Assembly: GCF_055900595.2 (NCBI RefSeq)
Contig: NZ_CM148325.1
Length of the DNA: 64,000 bases
Reading direction: 5' to 3' (one strand)
This document shows positions 41,054 to 56,566 of the stretch, piece by piece (position 1 is the stretch's first letter; each line of letters opens with the position of its first letter). The notes under the pieces were generated by a model. That model ran no database searches. It had not been told where the DNA came from and saw only the letters and a program-made list of their open reading frames with translations. The translations under genes were made by a program, and so were the position numbers.

Positions 41054-41078
41054 AAAAAGCCTCTCGCGAGGAGAGGCT
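41052..41078. terminator. Hairpin shared by convergent lpxM and pykA (U-tract on the pykA side)
   Basis: A-run then agcctctc / gagaggct stem read in sequence. Confidence 0.55.
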
Positions 41079-41142
41079 TCCGCCGTGTGATAAGTTCAAG
41101 TTTGCTTCAGAAGATTCGAAATCTGTTGAACTATCATTGAAC

Positions 41143-41180
41143 TGTAGGCCGGATGAGGCGTTTTCGCCGCATCCGGCAAC
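41143..41180. repeat. REP element downstream of pykA
   Basis: tgtaggccggatgaggcgttttcgccgcatccggcaac palindromic REP unit. Confidence 0.65.
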
Positions 41181-41184
41181 GTAC

Positions 41185-42627
41185 TTACTCTACAGTTAAA
41201 ATACGCGTGGTATTAGTAGAACCCACGGTACTCATCACGTCGCCCTGGGTGACAATCACCAGGTCACCAGACATCAAGTAACCTTTATCGCGCAGCAGAT
41301 TAACCGCTTCGCTGGCAGCTGCTACGCCGTCATTAGCGCTATCAAAGTGCACCGGCGTAACGCCACGATAGAGAGCAGTCAGATTCAGCGTACGTTCATG
41401 GCGCGACATAGCGAAAATCGGCAGACCGGAGCTGATACGGGAGGTCATCAGAGCGGTACGACCCGATTCGGTCATAGTGATGATCGCCGTAACGCCTTTC
41501 AGGTGGTTAGCCGCGTACATCGCTGACATGGCGATAGCTTCTTCCACATTGTCGAACTGAACGTCCAGACGGTGTTTAGAAACGTTGATGCTCGGGATTT
41601 TTTCAGCACCCAGGCAAACACGCGCCATGGCTGCAACGGTTTCTGAAGGATACTGACCAGCAGCAGTTTCTGCAGACAGCATCACAGCGTCAGTACCATC
41701 CAGAACGGCGTTTGCTACGTCCATGACTTCCGCACGCGTCGGCATCGGGTTAGTAATCATTGACTCCATCATCTGGGTCGCAGTGATTACCGCGCGGTTT
41801 AGTTGACGTGCACGACGGATCAACGCTTTCTGAATGCCGACCAGTTCCGGGTCGCCAATTTCCACACCGAGGTCGCCGCGAGCAACCATTACCACGTCAG
41901 AGGCGAGGATGATGTCATCCATTGCATCCTGGCTGCAAACGGCTTCCGCACGTTCAACTTTGGCGACAATTTTTGCATCACAACCTGCGTCGCGAGCCAG
42001 GCGGCGTGCATAGTTCAGATCTTCGCCGCAGCGCGGGAAGGAAACAGCCAGGTAATCTACGCCAATCAACGCCGCAGTCTTAATGTCTGCTTTGTCTTTT
42101 TCGGTCAGCGCTTCAGCCGACAAACCACCGCCGAGTTTGTTGATACCTTTATTGTTGGAGAGCGGACCGCCGACGGTCACTTCGGTGAATACTTTCATGC
42201 CTTGAACTTCCAGTACTTTTAACTGGACGCGACCATCGTCCAACAGCAGGATGTCACCAGGCACGACGTCAGCAGGCAGGCCTTTGTAGTCGATACCGAC
42301 TTTTTCTTTGTCGCCTTCACCTTTACCCAGGTTGGCGTCGAGCAGGAATTTATCCCCAATATTGAGGAAAACTTTGCCTTCTTTAAAGGTGGATACACGA
42401 ATTTTGGGCCCCTGGAGGTCACCCAGAATAGCCACATGACGCCCCAGTTTTGCGGCAATTTCACGAACTTTATCCGCGCGCATTTTGTGATCTTCAGGAG
42501 AGCCGTGAGAAAAGTTCATACGTACAACGTTTGCACCCGCAGCGATAACTTTCTCAAGGTTATTATCGCGATCTGTTGCTGGGCCTAACGTGGTAACGAT
42601 TTTTGTTCTGCGAAGCCTTCTGGACAT
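41185..42627 (-). CDS. pykA: Pyruvate kinase II PykA (480 aa)
   Basis: ORF track 41185..42768 trimmed to ATG at 42627 ([27 protein letters not shown]...). Confidence 0.95.
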
Positions 42628-42754
42628 GTAATACTCCGTTGACTGAAACAACCAGGTGTTGCTTGAACATGAAATCCGAATGAAATAACGCCGCGATGGC
42701 GATAAAGTAATCTCATTCGGATGTCGTATAAGATTAGAACAGTGACAGTCGTTT

Positions 42755-43624
42755 TTAGCGATCGTCACTTAAATTAAGTAACTGCTTATCAAAACGCGAT
42801 TCCTTCAGCGCTTCCTTGACCCGCTTCAAGTTATCTCTGAATTTTGCACCGCGTCGCAAAGTAAAACCTGTTGCCAGCACATCTATCACGGTCAGCTGTG
42901 CAAGTCGAGAAACCATGGGCATATAAATGTCAGTATCTTCCGGTACATCGAGGGTAATTGCTAGCGTTGCTTCTCGGGCAAGCGGGGTACCCGCAGAGGT
43001 GAGGGCAATCACCATGGCGTCGTTTTCGCGTGCCAGCTGCGCCAACTCGACCAGATTTTTTGTTCTTCCAGTGTGAGAAATCAGCACCACCACGTCTCCG
43101 TCGCTACAATTCATACAACTCATGCGTTGCAGCACGATATCATCGGAGTACACCACCGGAACATTAAAACGAAAGAACTTATTCATCGCATCGTGGGCAA
43201 CGGCAGCAGAAGAGCCTAATCCAAAAAACGCGATTTTTTTGGCCTGAGTGAGCAAGTCGACGGCGCGGTTAACGGCAGATTTATCCAGTGAATGACGGAC
43301 ATGATCGAGCGTCGCCATTGCCGACTCAAATATTTTTCCCGTGTATGATTCAACGCTGTCATCTTCATTGACGTTGCGATTAACATAGGGGGTGCCATTC
43401 GCCAGACTTTGTGCCAGATGCAGTTTAAAATCAGGAAAACCGCGCGTGTCCATACTGCGACAGAAACGATTCACCGTCGGTTCACTAACATTGGCCTCCA
43501 GCGCCAGAGCAGCAATACTCGAATGGATCGCGTTATCGGGCGAAGCCAGAATGACCTCGGCAACTTTGCGCTCTGATTTGCTCAAATGTTCCAGCTGAGA
43601 CTGGATTTTTTCCAGCATATTCAT
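42755..43624 (-). CDS. hexR: HexR (YebK) RpiR-family regulator of central carbon metabolism (289 aa)
   Basis: ORF track; [54 protein letters not shown]... Confidence 0.94.
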
Positions 43625-43961
43625 GATGTAAAGAGACTCACGGGTAATGACGATTTCCGCACTGAAAGAAATCGAAATGCAGTTTTGTCAGATATTACGC
43701 CTGTGTGCTGTGTTAATGACAAAAGCAGATAAAAAAGTTGTTATTTTTTTTCATAACATGATCAGTGTCAGATTTTTACCCAATGGAAAACGATGATTTT
43801 TTTATCAGTTTTGCCGCACTTTGCGCGCTTTTACCGTAATCGCACGGGTGGATAAGCGTTTACAGTTTTCGCAAGCTCGTAAAAGCAGTACAGTGCACCG
43901 TAAGAAAATTACAAGTATACCCTGGCTTAAGTACCGGGTTAGTTAACTTAAGGAGAATGAC

Positions 43962-45437
43962 ATGGCGGTAACGCAAACAGCCCAGGCCTGTGACCTGGTC
44001 ATTTTCGGCGCGAAAGGCGACCTTGCGCGTCGTAAATTGCTGCCTTCCCTGTATCAACTGGAAAAAGCCGGTCAGCTCAACCCGGACACCCGGATTATCG
44101 GCGTAGGGCGTGCTGACTGGGATAAAGCGGCATATACCAAAGTTGTCCGCGAGGCACTCGAAACTTTCATGAAAGAAACCATTGATGAAGGTTTATGGGA
44201 CACCCTGAGTGCACGTCTGGATTTTTGTAATCTCGATGTCAATGACACAGCTGCATTCAGCCGTCTCGGCGCGATGCTGGATCAAAAAAATCGTATCACC
44301 ATTAACTACTTTGCCATGCCGCCCAGCACTTTTGGCGCAATTTGCAAAGGGCTTGGTGAGGCAAAACTGAATGCTAAACCGGCACGCGTAGTCATGGAGA
44401 AACCGCTGGGGACGTCGTTGGCGACCTCGCGGGAAATCAACGATCAGGTTGGCGAATACTTCGAGGAGTGCCAGGTTTACCGTATCGACCACTATCTTGG
44501 TAAAGAAACGGTGCTGAACCTGTTGGCGCTGCGTTTTGCTAACTCCCTGTTTGTGAATAACTGGGACAATCGCACTATTGATCATGTTGAGATTACCGTG
44601 GCAGAAGAAGTGGGGATCGAAGGGCGCTGGGGCTATTTTGATAAAGCCGGTCAGATGCGCGATATGATCCAAAACCACCTGCTGCAAATTCTTTGCATGA
44701 TTGCGATGTCTCCGCCGTCTGATTTGAGTGCAGACAGCATCCGCGATGAAAAAGTCAAAGTACTGAAGTCTCTGCGCCGCATTGACCGCTCCAACGTGCG
44801 CGAAAAAACCGTACGCGGGCAATATACTGCGGGCTTCGCCCAGGGCAAAAAAGTGCCGGGCTATCTGGAAGAAGAGGGCGCGAACAAGAGCAGCAATACA
44901 GAAACCTTCGTGGCGATCCGCGTCGACATTGATAACTGGCGCTGGGCCGGTGTGCCATTCTACCTGCGTACTGGTAAACGTCTACCGACCAAATGTTCTG
45001 AAGTCGTGGTCTATTTCAAAACACCTGAACTGAATCTGTTTAAAGAGTCGTGGCAGGATCTGCCGCAGAATAAACTGACTATCCGTCTGCAACCTGATGA
45101 AGGCGTGGATATCCAGGTACTGAATAAAGTTCCTGGCCTTGACCACAAACATAACCTGCAAATCACCAAGCTGGACTTGAGCTATTCAGAAACCTTTAAT
45201 CAGACGCATTTAGCAGATGCCTATGAACGTCTGCTGCTGGAAACCATGCGCGGTATTCAGGCACTGTTTGTACGTCGTGATGAAGTAGAAGAAGCCTGGA
45301 AATGGGTGGACTCCATTACTGAGGCGTGGGCGATGGACAATGATGCGCCGAAACCGTATCAGGCCGGAACCTGGGGACCGGTTGCCTCGGTGGCGATGAT
45401 TACTCGTGATGGCCGTTCCTGGAATGAGTTTGAGTAA
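43962..45437 (+). CDS. zwf: Glucose-6-phosphate 1-dehydrogenase Zwf (491 aa)
   Basis: ORF track; [37 protein letters not shown]...; RIDHYLGKE motif. Confidence 0.97.
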   Translation: MAVTQTAQACDLVIFGAKGDLARRKLLPSLYQLEKAGQLNPDTRIIGVGRADWDKAAYTKVVREALETFMKETIDEGLWDTLSARLDFCNLDVNDTAAFSRLGAMLDQKNRITINYFAMPPSTFGAICKGLGEAKLNAKPARVVMEKPLGTSLATSREINDQVGEYFEECQVYRIDHYLGKETVLNLLALRFANSLFVNNWDNRTIDHVEITVAEEVGIEGRWGYFDKAGQMRDMIQNHLLQILCMIAMSPPSDLSADSIRDEKVKVLKSLRRIDRSNVREKTVRGQYTAGFAQGKKVPGYLEEEGANKSSNTETFVAIRVDIDNWRWAGVPFYLRTGKRLPTKCSEVVVYFKTPELNLFKESWQDLPQNKLTIRLQPDEGVDIQVLNKVPGLDHKHNLQITKLDLSYSETFNQTHLADAYERLLLETMRGIQALFVRRDEVEEAWKWVDSITEAWAMDNDAPKPYQAGTWGPVASVAMITRDGRSWNEFE

Positions 45438-45516
45438 TATCTGCACTCATCCTTTATGGTTATTTTACCGGTAACATGATCTTGCACAGATTGTAGAACA
45501 ATTTTTACACTTTCAG

Positions 45517-45549
45517 GCCTCGTGTGGATTCACCCACGAGGCTTTTTTT
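45517..45549 (+). terminator. Rho-independent terminator after zwf
   Basis: gcctcgtg / cacgaggc hairpin followed by ttttttt. Confidence 0.75.
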
Positions 45550-45671
45550 ATTACACTGACTGAAACGTTTTTGCCCTATGAGCTCCGGTTACAGGCGTTT
45601 CAGTCATAAATCCTCTGAATGAAACGCGTTGTGAATCATCCTGCTCTGACAACTCAATTTCAGGAGCCTTT

Positions 45672-47483
45672 ATGAATCCACAATTGTTACGCGTAACAAA
45701 TCGAATCATTGAACGTTCGCGCGAGACTCGCTCTGCTTACCTCGCCCGGATAGAACAAGCGAAAACTTCGACCGTTCATCGTTCGCAGTTGGCATGTGGT
45801 AACCTGGCACACGGTTTCGCTGCCTGCCAGCCAGAAGACAAAGCCTCTTTGAAAAGCATGTTGCGTAACAATATCGCCATCATCACTTCCTATAACGACA
45901 TGCTCTCCGCACACCAGCCTTATGAACACTATCCAGAAATCATTCGTAAAGCCCTGCATGAAGCGAATGCGGTTGGTCAGGTTGCGGGCGGTGTTCCGGC
46001 GATGTGTGATGGTGTCACCCAGGGGCAGGATGGAATGGAATTGTCGCTGTTAAGCCGCGAAGTGATTGCGATGTCTGCGGCGGTGGGGCTGTCCCATAAC
46101 ATGTTTGATGGTGCGCTGTTCCTCGGAGTGTGCGACAAGATTGTTCCGGGTCTGACGATGGCAGCCCTGTCGTTTGGGCATTTGCCTGCGGTGTTTGTGC
46201 CGTCTGGACCGATGGCAAGCGGTTTGCCAAATAAAGAAAAAGTGCGTATTCGTCAGCTTTATGCCGAAGGTAAAGTGGACCGCATGGCACTACTGGAGTC
46301 AGAAGCCGCATCTTATCATGCGCCGGGAACATGTACTTTCTACGGTACTGCCAACACCAACCAGATGGTGGTGGAGTTTATGGGGATGCAGTTGCCAGGC
46401 TCTTCTTTTGTTCATCCGGATTCACCGCTGCGCGATGCTTTGACCGCAGCCGCTGCGCGTCAGGTTACACGCATGACCGGTAACGGTAATGAATGGATGC
46501 CGATCGGTAAGATGATAGATGAGAAAGTGGTGGTGAACGGTATCGTTGCACTGCTGGCGACCGGTGGTTCCACTAACCACACCATGCACCTGGTGGCGAT
46601 GGCGCGCGCGGCTGGTATTCAGATTAACTGGGATGACTTCTCTGACCTTTCTGATGTTGTACCGCTGATGGCACGTCTCTACCCGAACGGTCCGGCCGAT
46701 ATTAACCACTTCCAGGCGGCAGGTGGCGTACCGGTTCTGGTGCGTGAACTGCTCAAAGCAGGCCTGCTGCATGAAGATGTCAATACGGTGGCAGGCTTTG
46801 GTCTGTCTCGTTATACCCTTGAACCATGGCTGAATAATGGTGAACTGGACTGGCGGGAAGGGGCGGAAAAATCACTCGACAGCAATGTGATCGCTTCCTT
46901 CGAACAACCTTTCTCTCATCATGGTGGGACAAAAGTGTTAAGCGGTAACCTGGGCCGCGCGGTTATGAAAACCTCTGCCGTGCCGGTTGAGAACCAGGTG
47001 ATTGAAGCGCCTGCGGTTGTTTTTGAAAGCCAGCATGACGTTATGCCGGCCTTTGAAGCGGGTTTGCTGGACCGCGATTGTGTCGTTGTTGTCCGTCATC
47101 AGGGGCCAAAAGCGAACGGAATGCCAGAATTACATAAACTCATGCCGCCACTTGGTGTATTATTGGACCGGTGTTTCAAAATTGCGTTAGTTACTGATGG
47201 ACGACTCTCCGGCGCTTCAGGTAAAGTGCCGTCAGCTATCCACGTAACACCAGAAGCCTACGATGGCGGGCTGCTGGCAAAAGTGCGCGACGGGGACATC
47301 ATTCGTGTGAATGGACAGACAGGCGAACTGACGCTGCTGGTAGACGAAGCGGAACTGGCTGCTCGCGAACCGCACATTCCTGATCTGAGCGCGTCACGCG
47401 TGGGAACAGGACGTGAATTATTCAGCGCCTTGCGTGAAAAACTGTCCGGTGCCGAACAGGGCGCAACCTGTATCACTTTTTAA
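45672..47483 (+). CDS. edd: Phosphogluconate dehydratase Edd (603 aa)
   Basis: ORF track; [53 protein letters not shown]... Confidence 0.97.
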   Translation: MNPQLLRVTNRIIERSRETRSAYLARIEQAKTSTVHRSQLACGNLAHGFAACQPEDKASLKSMLRNNIAIITSYNDMLSAHQPYEHYPEIIRKALHEANAVGQVAGGVPAMCDGVTQGQDGMELSLLSREVIAMSAAVGLSHNMFDGALFLGVCDKIVPGLTMAALSFGHLPAVFVPSGPMASGLPNKEKVRIRQLYAEGKVDRMALLESEAASYHAPGTCTFYGTANTNQMVVEFMGMQLPGSSFVHPDSPLRDALTAAAARQVTRMTGNGNEWMPIGKMIDEKVVVNGIVALLATGGSTNHTMHLVAMARAAGIQINWDDFSDLSDVVPLMARLYPNGPADINHFQAAGGVPVLVRELLKAGLLHEDVNTVAGFGLSRYTLEPWLNNGELDWREGAEKSLDSNVIASFEQPFSHHGGTKVLSGNLGRAVMKTSAVPVENQVIEAPAVVFESQHDVMPAFEAGLLDRDCVVVVRHQGPKANGMPELHKLMPPLGVLLDRCFKIALVTDGRLSGASGKVPSAIHVTPEAYDGGLLAKVRDGDIIRVNGQTGELTLLVDEAELAAREPHIPDLSASRVGTGRELFSALREKLSGAEQGATCITF

Positions 47484-47519
47484 GACGACAAATTTGTAAT
47501 CAGGCGAGAGAAAACTCTG

Positions 47520-48161
47520 ATGAAAAACTGGAAAACAAGTGCAGAATCAATCCTCACCACCGGCCCGGTTGTACCGGTTATCGTGGTAAAAAAACTGGAA
47601 CACGCGGTGCCGATGGCAAAAGCGTTGGTTGCTGGTGGGGTGCGCGTTCTGGAAGTGACTCTGCGTACCGAGTGTGCAGTTGACGCTATCCGTGCTATCG
47701 CCAAAGAAGTGCCTGAAGCGATTGTGGGTGCCGGTACGGTGCTAAATCCACAGCAGCTTGCAGAAGTCACCGAAGCGGGTGCACAGTTCGCAATTAGCCC
47801 GGGTCTGACCGAGCCGCTGCTGAAAGCTGCTACCGAAGGGACTATTCCTCTGATTCCGGGGATCAGCACTGTTTCCGAACTGATGCTGGGTATGGACTAC
47901 GGTTTGAAAGAGTTCAAATTCTTCCCGGCTGAAGCTAACGGCGGCGTGAAAGCCCTGCAGGCGATCGCGGGTCCGTTCTCCCAGGTCCGTTTCTGCCCGA
48001 CAGGTGGTATTTCTCCGGCTAACTACCGTGACTACCTGGCGCTGAAAAGCGTGCTCTGCATCGGTGGTTCCTGGCTGGTTCCGGCAGATGCGCTGGAAGC
48101 GGGCGATTACGACCGCATTACTAAGCTGGCGCGTGAAGCTGTAGAAGGCGCTAAGCTGTAA
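47520..48161 (+). CDS. eda: KDPG/KHG aldolase Eda (213 aa)
   Basis: ORF track; [51 protein letters not shown]... Confidence 0.97.
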
Positions 48162-48180
48162 AAGTCAAAATGCCCGATCG

Positions 48181-48206
48181 AGGATCGGGCATTTTTGTAG
48201 CATTTT
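48181..48206. terminator. Bidirectional terminator between convergent eda and purT
   Basis: gcccgatc / gatcgggc hairpin, A-run before and tttttg after. Confidence 0.75.
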
Positions 48207-48216
48207 TTTGCCGGGT

Positions 48217-49395
48217 TTAACCCTGTACTTTTACCTGTCCGGCGGCGTGCTTTGCGCGCTCAATCGCTTCATCAACACTCTCTGCAGTAGCCAGTGCCAC
48301 CCCCAGACGACGGCTGCCATCAATTTCCGGCTTACCAAATAAACGAATCTGTAGGCCTGCGCCTACGGCATTCTGCACATTATCAAACGTGACATTCTGA
48401 CTGGTCAGTTGTGGCAGGATAACGGCAGAAGCTGCAGGACCATACTGACGGATCTCGCCAACCGGAAGTCCGAGCAAGGCTCGCACATGCAGGGCAAACT
48501 CCGAGAGATCCTGAGAAATTAACGTCACCATCCCGGTATCATGTGGGCGAGGGGAGACCTCACTGAAAATCACCTCATCACCACAGACAAACAGCTCGAC
48601 ACCAAACAGACCATAACCGCCCAGCGCCAGTACTACTTTGCGGGCAATCTCCTGCGCACGTTTCAGAGCCAGCTGACTCATTTGCTGCGGTTGCCAGGAT
48701 TCACGATAGTCGCCATCTTCCTGGCGATGACCTACCGGTGCACAGAAATGGACGCCATCCACCGCGCTGACGGTTAGCAGGGTAATTTCGAAATCAAACT
48801 TAACGACGCCTTCAACAATTACGCGGCCCGCTCCGGCGCGACCGCCTTGCTGAGCGTATTCCCACGCATGTGTAAGCTGCTCGGCGGAACGAATAAACGT
48901 CTGCCCTTTGCCGGAAGAGCTCATTACCGGTTTAACTATGCAGGGATAGCCAATAGCGGCAACTGCTTCGCGGAAAAGACTTTCGCTATCGGCAAAACGA
49001 TAAGTTGAAGTGGGTAGCTGCAGTTCTTCTGCCGCCAGGCGACGAATACCCTCGCGATTCATCGTTAATTTCGTTGCGCGCGCGCAGGGGACAACATTCC
49101 GTCCTTCCTTTTCAAGCTGGATCAGCATATCGGTGGCAATAGCTTCGATCTCCGGCACGATATAATGTGGTTTTTCCAGTTCAACCACACGGCGTAATGC
49201 ATCACCATCAAGCATATTAATGACATGGGAGCGATGCGCAACATGCATAGCTGGCGCGTCGGTATAGCGATCGACGGCAATCACCTCTACGCCGAGACGC
49301 TGACACTCGATGGCCACTTCTTTACCCAGTTCACCGGAGCCTAATAACATCACGCGAGTTGCTGCCGGACGCAGCGCAGTGCCTAATAACGTCAT
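48217..49395 (-). CDS. purT: Formate-dependent GAR transformylase PurT (392 aa)
   Basis: ORF track; [44 protein letters not shown]... ATP-grasp. Confidence 0.96.
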   Translation of the reverse strand: MTLLGTALRPAATRVMLLGSGELGKEVAIECQRLGVEVIAVDRYTDAPAMHVAHRSHVINMLDGDALRRVVELEKPHYIVPEIEAIATDMLIQLEKEGRNVVPCARATKLTMNREGIRRLAAEELQLPTSTYRFADSESLFREAVAAIGYPCIVKPVMSSSGKGQTFIRSAEQLTHAWEYAQQGGRAGAGRVIVEGVVKFDFEITLLTVSAVDGVHFCAPVGHRQEDGDYRESWQPQQMSQLALKRAQEIARKVVLALGGYGLFGVELFVCGDEVIFSEVSPRPHDTGMVTLISQDLSEFALHVRALLGLPVGEIRQYGPAASAVILPQLTSQNVTFDNVQNAVGAGLQIRLFGKPEIDGSRRLGVALATAESVDEAIERAKHAAGQVKVQG

Positions 49396-49432
49396 AACGA
49401 ATATCCCCTGATTAATTCCGCGCGCAGTATAA

Positions 49433-49448
49433 ACGAAAACGTTTGCGC
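49433..49448 (-). promoter_or_regulatory. PurR operator (pur box) of purT
   Basis: + strand acgaaaacgtttgcgc; reverse complement fits ACGCAAACGTTTTCNT-type pur box, about 40 nt upstream of purT start. Confidence 0.7.
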
Positions 49449-49491
49449 GTGTCTTTATTGTTGATGTTGATTTCCCAATCGAGAAGAAATA

Positions 49492-49511
49492 TACTGTATA
49501 AAATCACAGTT
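49492..49511 (+). promoter_or_regulatory. LexA (SOS) box of yebG
   Basis: taCTGTataaaatcACAGtt, canonical CTGT-N8-ACAG, just upstream of yebG. Confidence 0.85.
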
Positions 49512-49528
49512 ATTATGAGAGGCTGCAA

Positions 49529-49819
49529 ATGGCGGTTGAAGTTAAATACGTAGTCATTCGTGAGGGCGAAGAGAAAATGTCGTTTACCAGCAAAAAGGAA
49601 GCCGATGCTTATGACAAAATGCTTGATACGGCGGATCTGCTTGACACCTGGCTGACAAATTCTCCAGTGCAAATGGAAGACGAGCAACGTGAAGCCCTTT
49701 CGCTATGGCTGGCAGAACAAAAAGATGTGCTGAGCACCATTCTGAAAACCGGCAAATTACCGTCCCCACAGGTCGTCGGTGCTGAATCCGAAGAGGAAGA
49801 TGCCTCACACGCGGCCTGA
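49529..49819 (+). CDS. yebG: YebG, SOS-inducible protein (96 aa)
   Basis: ORF track; MAVEVKYVVIREGEEKMSFTSKKEADAYDKMLDTADLLDTWL... Confidence 0.93.
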   Translation: MAVEVKYVVIREGEEKMSFTSKKEADAYDKMLDTADLLDTWLTNSPVQMEDEQREALSLWLAEQKDVLSTILKTGKLPSPQVVGAESEEEDASHAA

Positions 49820-49837
49820 AGCAACTTGCGCTCCTGA

Positions 49838-50242
<405 letters not shown>

Positions 50243-50265
50243 TGGCCTCTGATAATTCGATTGAC

Positions 50266-50352
50266 CGTCGGCGGATGCGGCGCGAGTGCCTGATCCGCCC
50301 TACAAGGCACCTCAATCGTAGGCCTGGGAAGACGCAACAGCGTCGCATCGGG
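50266..50352. repeat. REP/BIME cluster between yebF and yebE
   Basis: cggcggatgcggcgcgagtgcctgatccgccctaca and gtaggcctgggaagacgcaacagcgtcgcatcgggcaa units. Confidence 0.6.
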
Positions 50353-50568
50353 CAATCAGCATCAAACAATGCCACTCAAAACGTCAAATTACGTTCACCT
50401 AAAATACCCTTATCACCTGATATACAGTGAACACCTTACCTGGCGCGAATTTCTTTGAATAACGGCCTACCGACCCGCTTATTTGCGCATCTTTTGTCTC
50501 GATATACATTTTCTGACATCCTCATCCGCTATGCTACAGGCACTAAAAATGGTTATTGAGGAGCAAAT

Positions 50569-51228
50569 ATGGCTAACTGGTTAAATCAACTGCAATCCCT
50601 GCTTGGGCAAAGCAGTTCTTCTGCCTCCTCGTCTGCGGATCAGGGATTGGGCAAACTTTTAGTGCCAGGCGCATTAGGCGGATTGGCTGGGCTGCTGGTC
50701 GCAAATAAATCAGCACGTAAACTTCTTACGAAATATGGCACCAACGCGTTACTGGTTGGCGGCGGAGCGGTCGCGGGTACGGTGCTGTGGAATAAATACA
50801 AAGATAAAATTCGCGCGGCGCATCAGGACGAACCGCAGTTTGGCGCGCAAAGTACGCCGCTGGATGAGCGTACGGAACGTTTGATCCTTGCGCTGGTCTT
50901 TGCCGCTAAAAGTGATGGTCATATTGATGCCAAAGAACGTGCGGCAATCGACCAGCAATTGCGTGAAGCCGGCGTGGAAGAGCAGGGGCGTGTACTCATT
51001 GAGCAGGCAATCGAACAACCGCTGGATCCACAACGCTTGGCTACCGGGGTTCGTAATGAAGAAGAGGCGCTGGAAATCTATTTCCTGAGCTGCGCGGCTA
51101 TTGATATTGACCATTTTATGGAACGCAGTTACCTGAATGCACTGGGTGACGCGCTGAAAATCCCCCAGGACGTTCGTGAAGGCATTGAACGCGATCTCGA
51201 ACAGCAAAAACGCACTTTGGCGGAATAA
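50569..51228 (+). CDS. yebE: YebE, DUF533 inner membrane protein (219 aa)
   Basis: ORF track; [47 protein letters not shown]... Confidence 0.92.
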   Translation: MANWLNQLQSLLGQSSSSASSSADQGLGKLLVPGALGGLAGLLVANKSARKLLTKYGTNALLVGGGAVAGTVLWNKYKDKIRAAHQDEPQFGAQSTPLDERTERLILALVFAAKSDGHIDAKERAAIDQQLREAGVEEQGRVLIEQAIEQPLDPQRLATGVRNEEEALEIYFLSCAAIDIDHFMERSYLNALGDALKIPQDVREGIERDLEQQKRTLAE

Positions 51229-51407
51229 TTCCGCTCTGGATAGCCTGAAGTTGACTATTTCGGGCTATCCAGAACCGCACAGCCATTTGAGCAGGCTGAT
51301 TTTCTCTGTCTGCATAACATTCGATATCCGCGCCATTACCTGTCATCATCTAAGCAATGACTACCCTGTTTCGCTTGCATCCCCGGTGAGTTTTGCCACC
51401 CTTATAA

Positions 51408-54154
<2,747 letters not shown>

Positions 54155-54177
54155 GGCATGCTCCAGGCCGAAAAAGC

Positions 54178-54833
54178 CTAGCGTAATGGAATGATATCGC
54201 CTTGCCAACCCTGTGATGAACGCTGACCGACTAACAATAATGAACCACGATCGGCGCGAACGATGAGACGACCATGTTCATCCCATAGTGCACTGTTACC
54301 ACGGGCATTTGCCATCAGCACGGCAATTGAGTACTGATGTGAAAAAAATTGTAAGCGGCGGGTCGACGCCAGCAGGTCGGGTTCCCCCAGACATTGCCCT
54401 GTCGTAAATAGTGAACAGGTCGGATCCATATCCATACCTTGCGGTTGTTCATCGACCACCGTGATGGTTCTGGAACGACGGCCCAGACATGCACCATGAC
54501 TCTGATGGTAGATCCCTGGCGTTTTTCGCCACGGTGCGAACACCGCAATTCCACGAATAAAGCGATCGTTATATTCAACGGGAAGGCCGGCAATGATGGT
54601 CATTCGCCAGGTCGTTGCAGCATAACAAAGCGGGTCTAACAGCGAGAGATCGGGGGGGCAGGAAGGGCACGTCGCGAATAATCACACCCCAGTAAAGAAA
54701 GCGATGGAAAAACTAACAGCTGACATTGTTGCCTGGCGGCGGCCCTCACAAACTCCAGATGATGAGCTACCTGTTCGGTCAGTGAGGTTTTACGAGGCTC
54801 ATATTGCGCTGCTGCAACTTTCCAGAACGACAT
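54178..54833 (-). pseudogene. yobB: yobB (carbon-nitrogen hydrolase family) split by a -1 frameshift in a G7/C7 homopolymer
   Basis: N-terminal ORF 54636..54833 (MSFWKVAAAQYEP...RRALPAPP) and C-terminal ORF 54178..54603 (MTIIAGLPVEY...) join into one protein if one base is added to the run at 54652-54658. Confidence 0.75.
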
Positions 54834-54934
54834 AATGACTTCCTTTTCAAAATGACTGCAAATTATGGGTGCGGTTTAGAAAATACTCATAATTTAGCAG
54901 GCGTTATGTAAGAAAGTGTAACTCTGTATAAGTT

Positions 54935-55165
54935 TTATTTAAGTTTGGGCTCGTAAGGTAAACGTGACAGATTGACCGAAGCCAAACGGTGGGCGATAAG
55001 CCGCTCGCGAAACCAGCTGCGCAAATGTTCAGGCTGTTCACGTTCAACCGCTTCAGCGATCACCGGCATATTGTAGCGTTCTTTAAATGCCACCCCGGCT
55101 GCCGCCAAATCGACATTCACTTTATCCATTTCTGTTTGATCCAGTTTAGCCAGATTCTTCAGCAT
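54935..55165 (-). CDS. holE: DNA polymerase III theta subunit HolE (76 aa)
   Basis: ORF track 54935..55252 trimmed to ATG at 55165 ([56 protein letters not shown]...). Confidence 0.9.
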
Positions 55166-55303
55166 TCTTAATCTCCTCATCATTCGCGGGCAAAAGTTAC
55201 TAAGAGTGAGCCTGGATGGCAAGCCGGAATTGATGATCCTCGACTCAGACATTAGACAAGGTTATGCTCTGTAAAAAAGTTATTACAAAAAGGAATAGAT
55301 AAT

Positions 55304-55678
55304 ATGACTTCAACTGCACGCTCCCTTCGCTACGCGCTGGCAATCCTGACCACTACGTTGGTGACACCTTCCGTCTGGGCACATGCGCATTTAACGCATC
55401 AGTATCCTGCGGCAAACGCGCAAGTGACAGCTGCCCCGCAGGCAATCACTTTAAACTTCTCGGAAGGCGTTGAAACAGGATTCAGTGGTGCAAAAATCAC
55501 GGGGCCAAAAAACGAAAATATTAAAACATTACCGGCGAAGCGGAATGAGCAGGACCAAAAGCAACTGATTGTTCCACTGGCCGATTCGCTGAAACCCGGA
55601 ACCTACACCGTTGACTGGCATGTTGTTTCGGTGGACGGGCATAAAACGAAAGGACACTATACCTTTAGCGTGAAATAA
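55304..55678 (+). CDS. yobA: YobA, CopC-family periplasmic copper-binding protein (124 aa)
   Basis: ORF track; MTSTARSLRYALAILTTTLVTPSVWAHAHLTHQYPAANAQV... Confidence 0.93.
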   Translation: MTSTARSLRYALAILTTTLVTPSVWAHAHLTHQYPAANAQVTAAPQAITLNFSEGVETGFSGAKITGPKNENIKTLPAKRNEQDQKQLIVPLADSLKPGTYTVDWHVVSVDGHKTKGHYTFSVK

Positions 55679-55681
55679 ATC

Positions 55682-56554
55682 ATGCTGGCGTTTACCTGGA
55701 TCGCGCTGCGATTTATCCATTTCACCTCGCTGATGCTGGTTTTTGGCTTCGCAATGTACGGTGCCTGGCTGGCCCCCTTAACGATTCGTCGCTTGCTGAC
55801 GAAGCGTTTTCTGCGTTTACAACAGCACGCTGCCGTCTGGAGTTTGAGCAGTGCCACTGCAATGCTCGCCGTTCAGGGCGGGTTGATGGGAACGGGATGG
55901 TCAGATGTATTTTCGCCAAACATTTGGCAGGCTGTTTTGCAAACGCAGTTTGGTGGCGTCTGGTTATGGCAAATTGTTCTCGCCCTCGTAACGTTGATCG
56001 TCGCCCTTATGCAACCGCGGAATATGCCACGTTTGCTGTTTATGCTCACTACCGCGCAATTTATTCTGCTGGCGGGAGTCGGGCATGCGACGCTGAATGA
56101 AGGGGTAACGGCGAAAATCCATCAGACTAATCACGCGATTCACCTGATCTGTGCGGCGGCGTGGTTTGGAGGATTACTTCCGGTGCTCTGGTGTATGCAA
56201 CTCATCAAAGGCCGTTGGCGACACCAGGCTATTCAGGCGCTGATGCGTTTTTCCTGGTGCGGGCATTTTGCGGTGATCGGCGTACTGGCAAGCGGCGTGC
56301 TTAATGCATTGTTGATTACCAGATTTCCCCCCACGCTTACGACTTACTGGGGCCAACTCTTATTGCTCAAAGCCATCCTGGTGATGATTATGGTGGTCAT
56401 CGCGCTGGCTAATCGTTATGTTCTTGTACCGCGCATGAGGCAGGATGAAGATCGTGCGGCTCCCTGGTTTGTGTGGATGACTAAACTCGAATGGGCGATA
56501 GGTGCGGTAGTGCTGGTGATCATCAGCCTGCTTGCGACTCTCGAACCTTTTTGA
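55682..56554 (+). CDS. yebZ: YebZ, CopD-family inner membrane protein (290 aa)
   Basis: ORF track; MLAFTWIALRFIHFTSLMLVFGFAMYGAWLAPLTIRRLL... Confidence 0.93.
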   Translation: MLAFTWIALRFIHFTSLMLVFGFAMYGAWLAPLTIRRLLTKRFLRLQQHAAVWSLSSATAMLAVQGGLMGTGWSDVFSPNIWQAVLQTQFGGVWLWQIVLALVTLIVALMQPRNMPRLLFMLTTAQFILLAGVGHATLNEGVTAKIHQTNHAIHLICAAAWFGGLLPVLWCMQLIKGRWRHQAIQALMRFSWCGHFAVIGVLASGVLNALLITRFPPTLTTYWGQLLLLKAILVMIMVVIALANRYVLVPRMRQDEDRAAPWFVWMTKLEWAIGAVVLVIISLLATLEPF

Positions 56555-56566
56555 TGGATTACGAAA

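Noticed and set aside
43890-43912. Possible HexR/SoxS-type operator (gtaagaaaattacaag) upstream of zwf
   Set aside because: Only a partial resemblance to the palindromes I recall; it cannot be called without a matrix scan.
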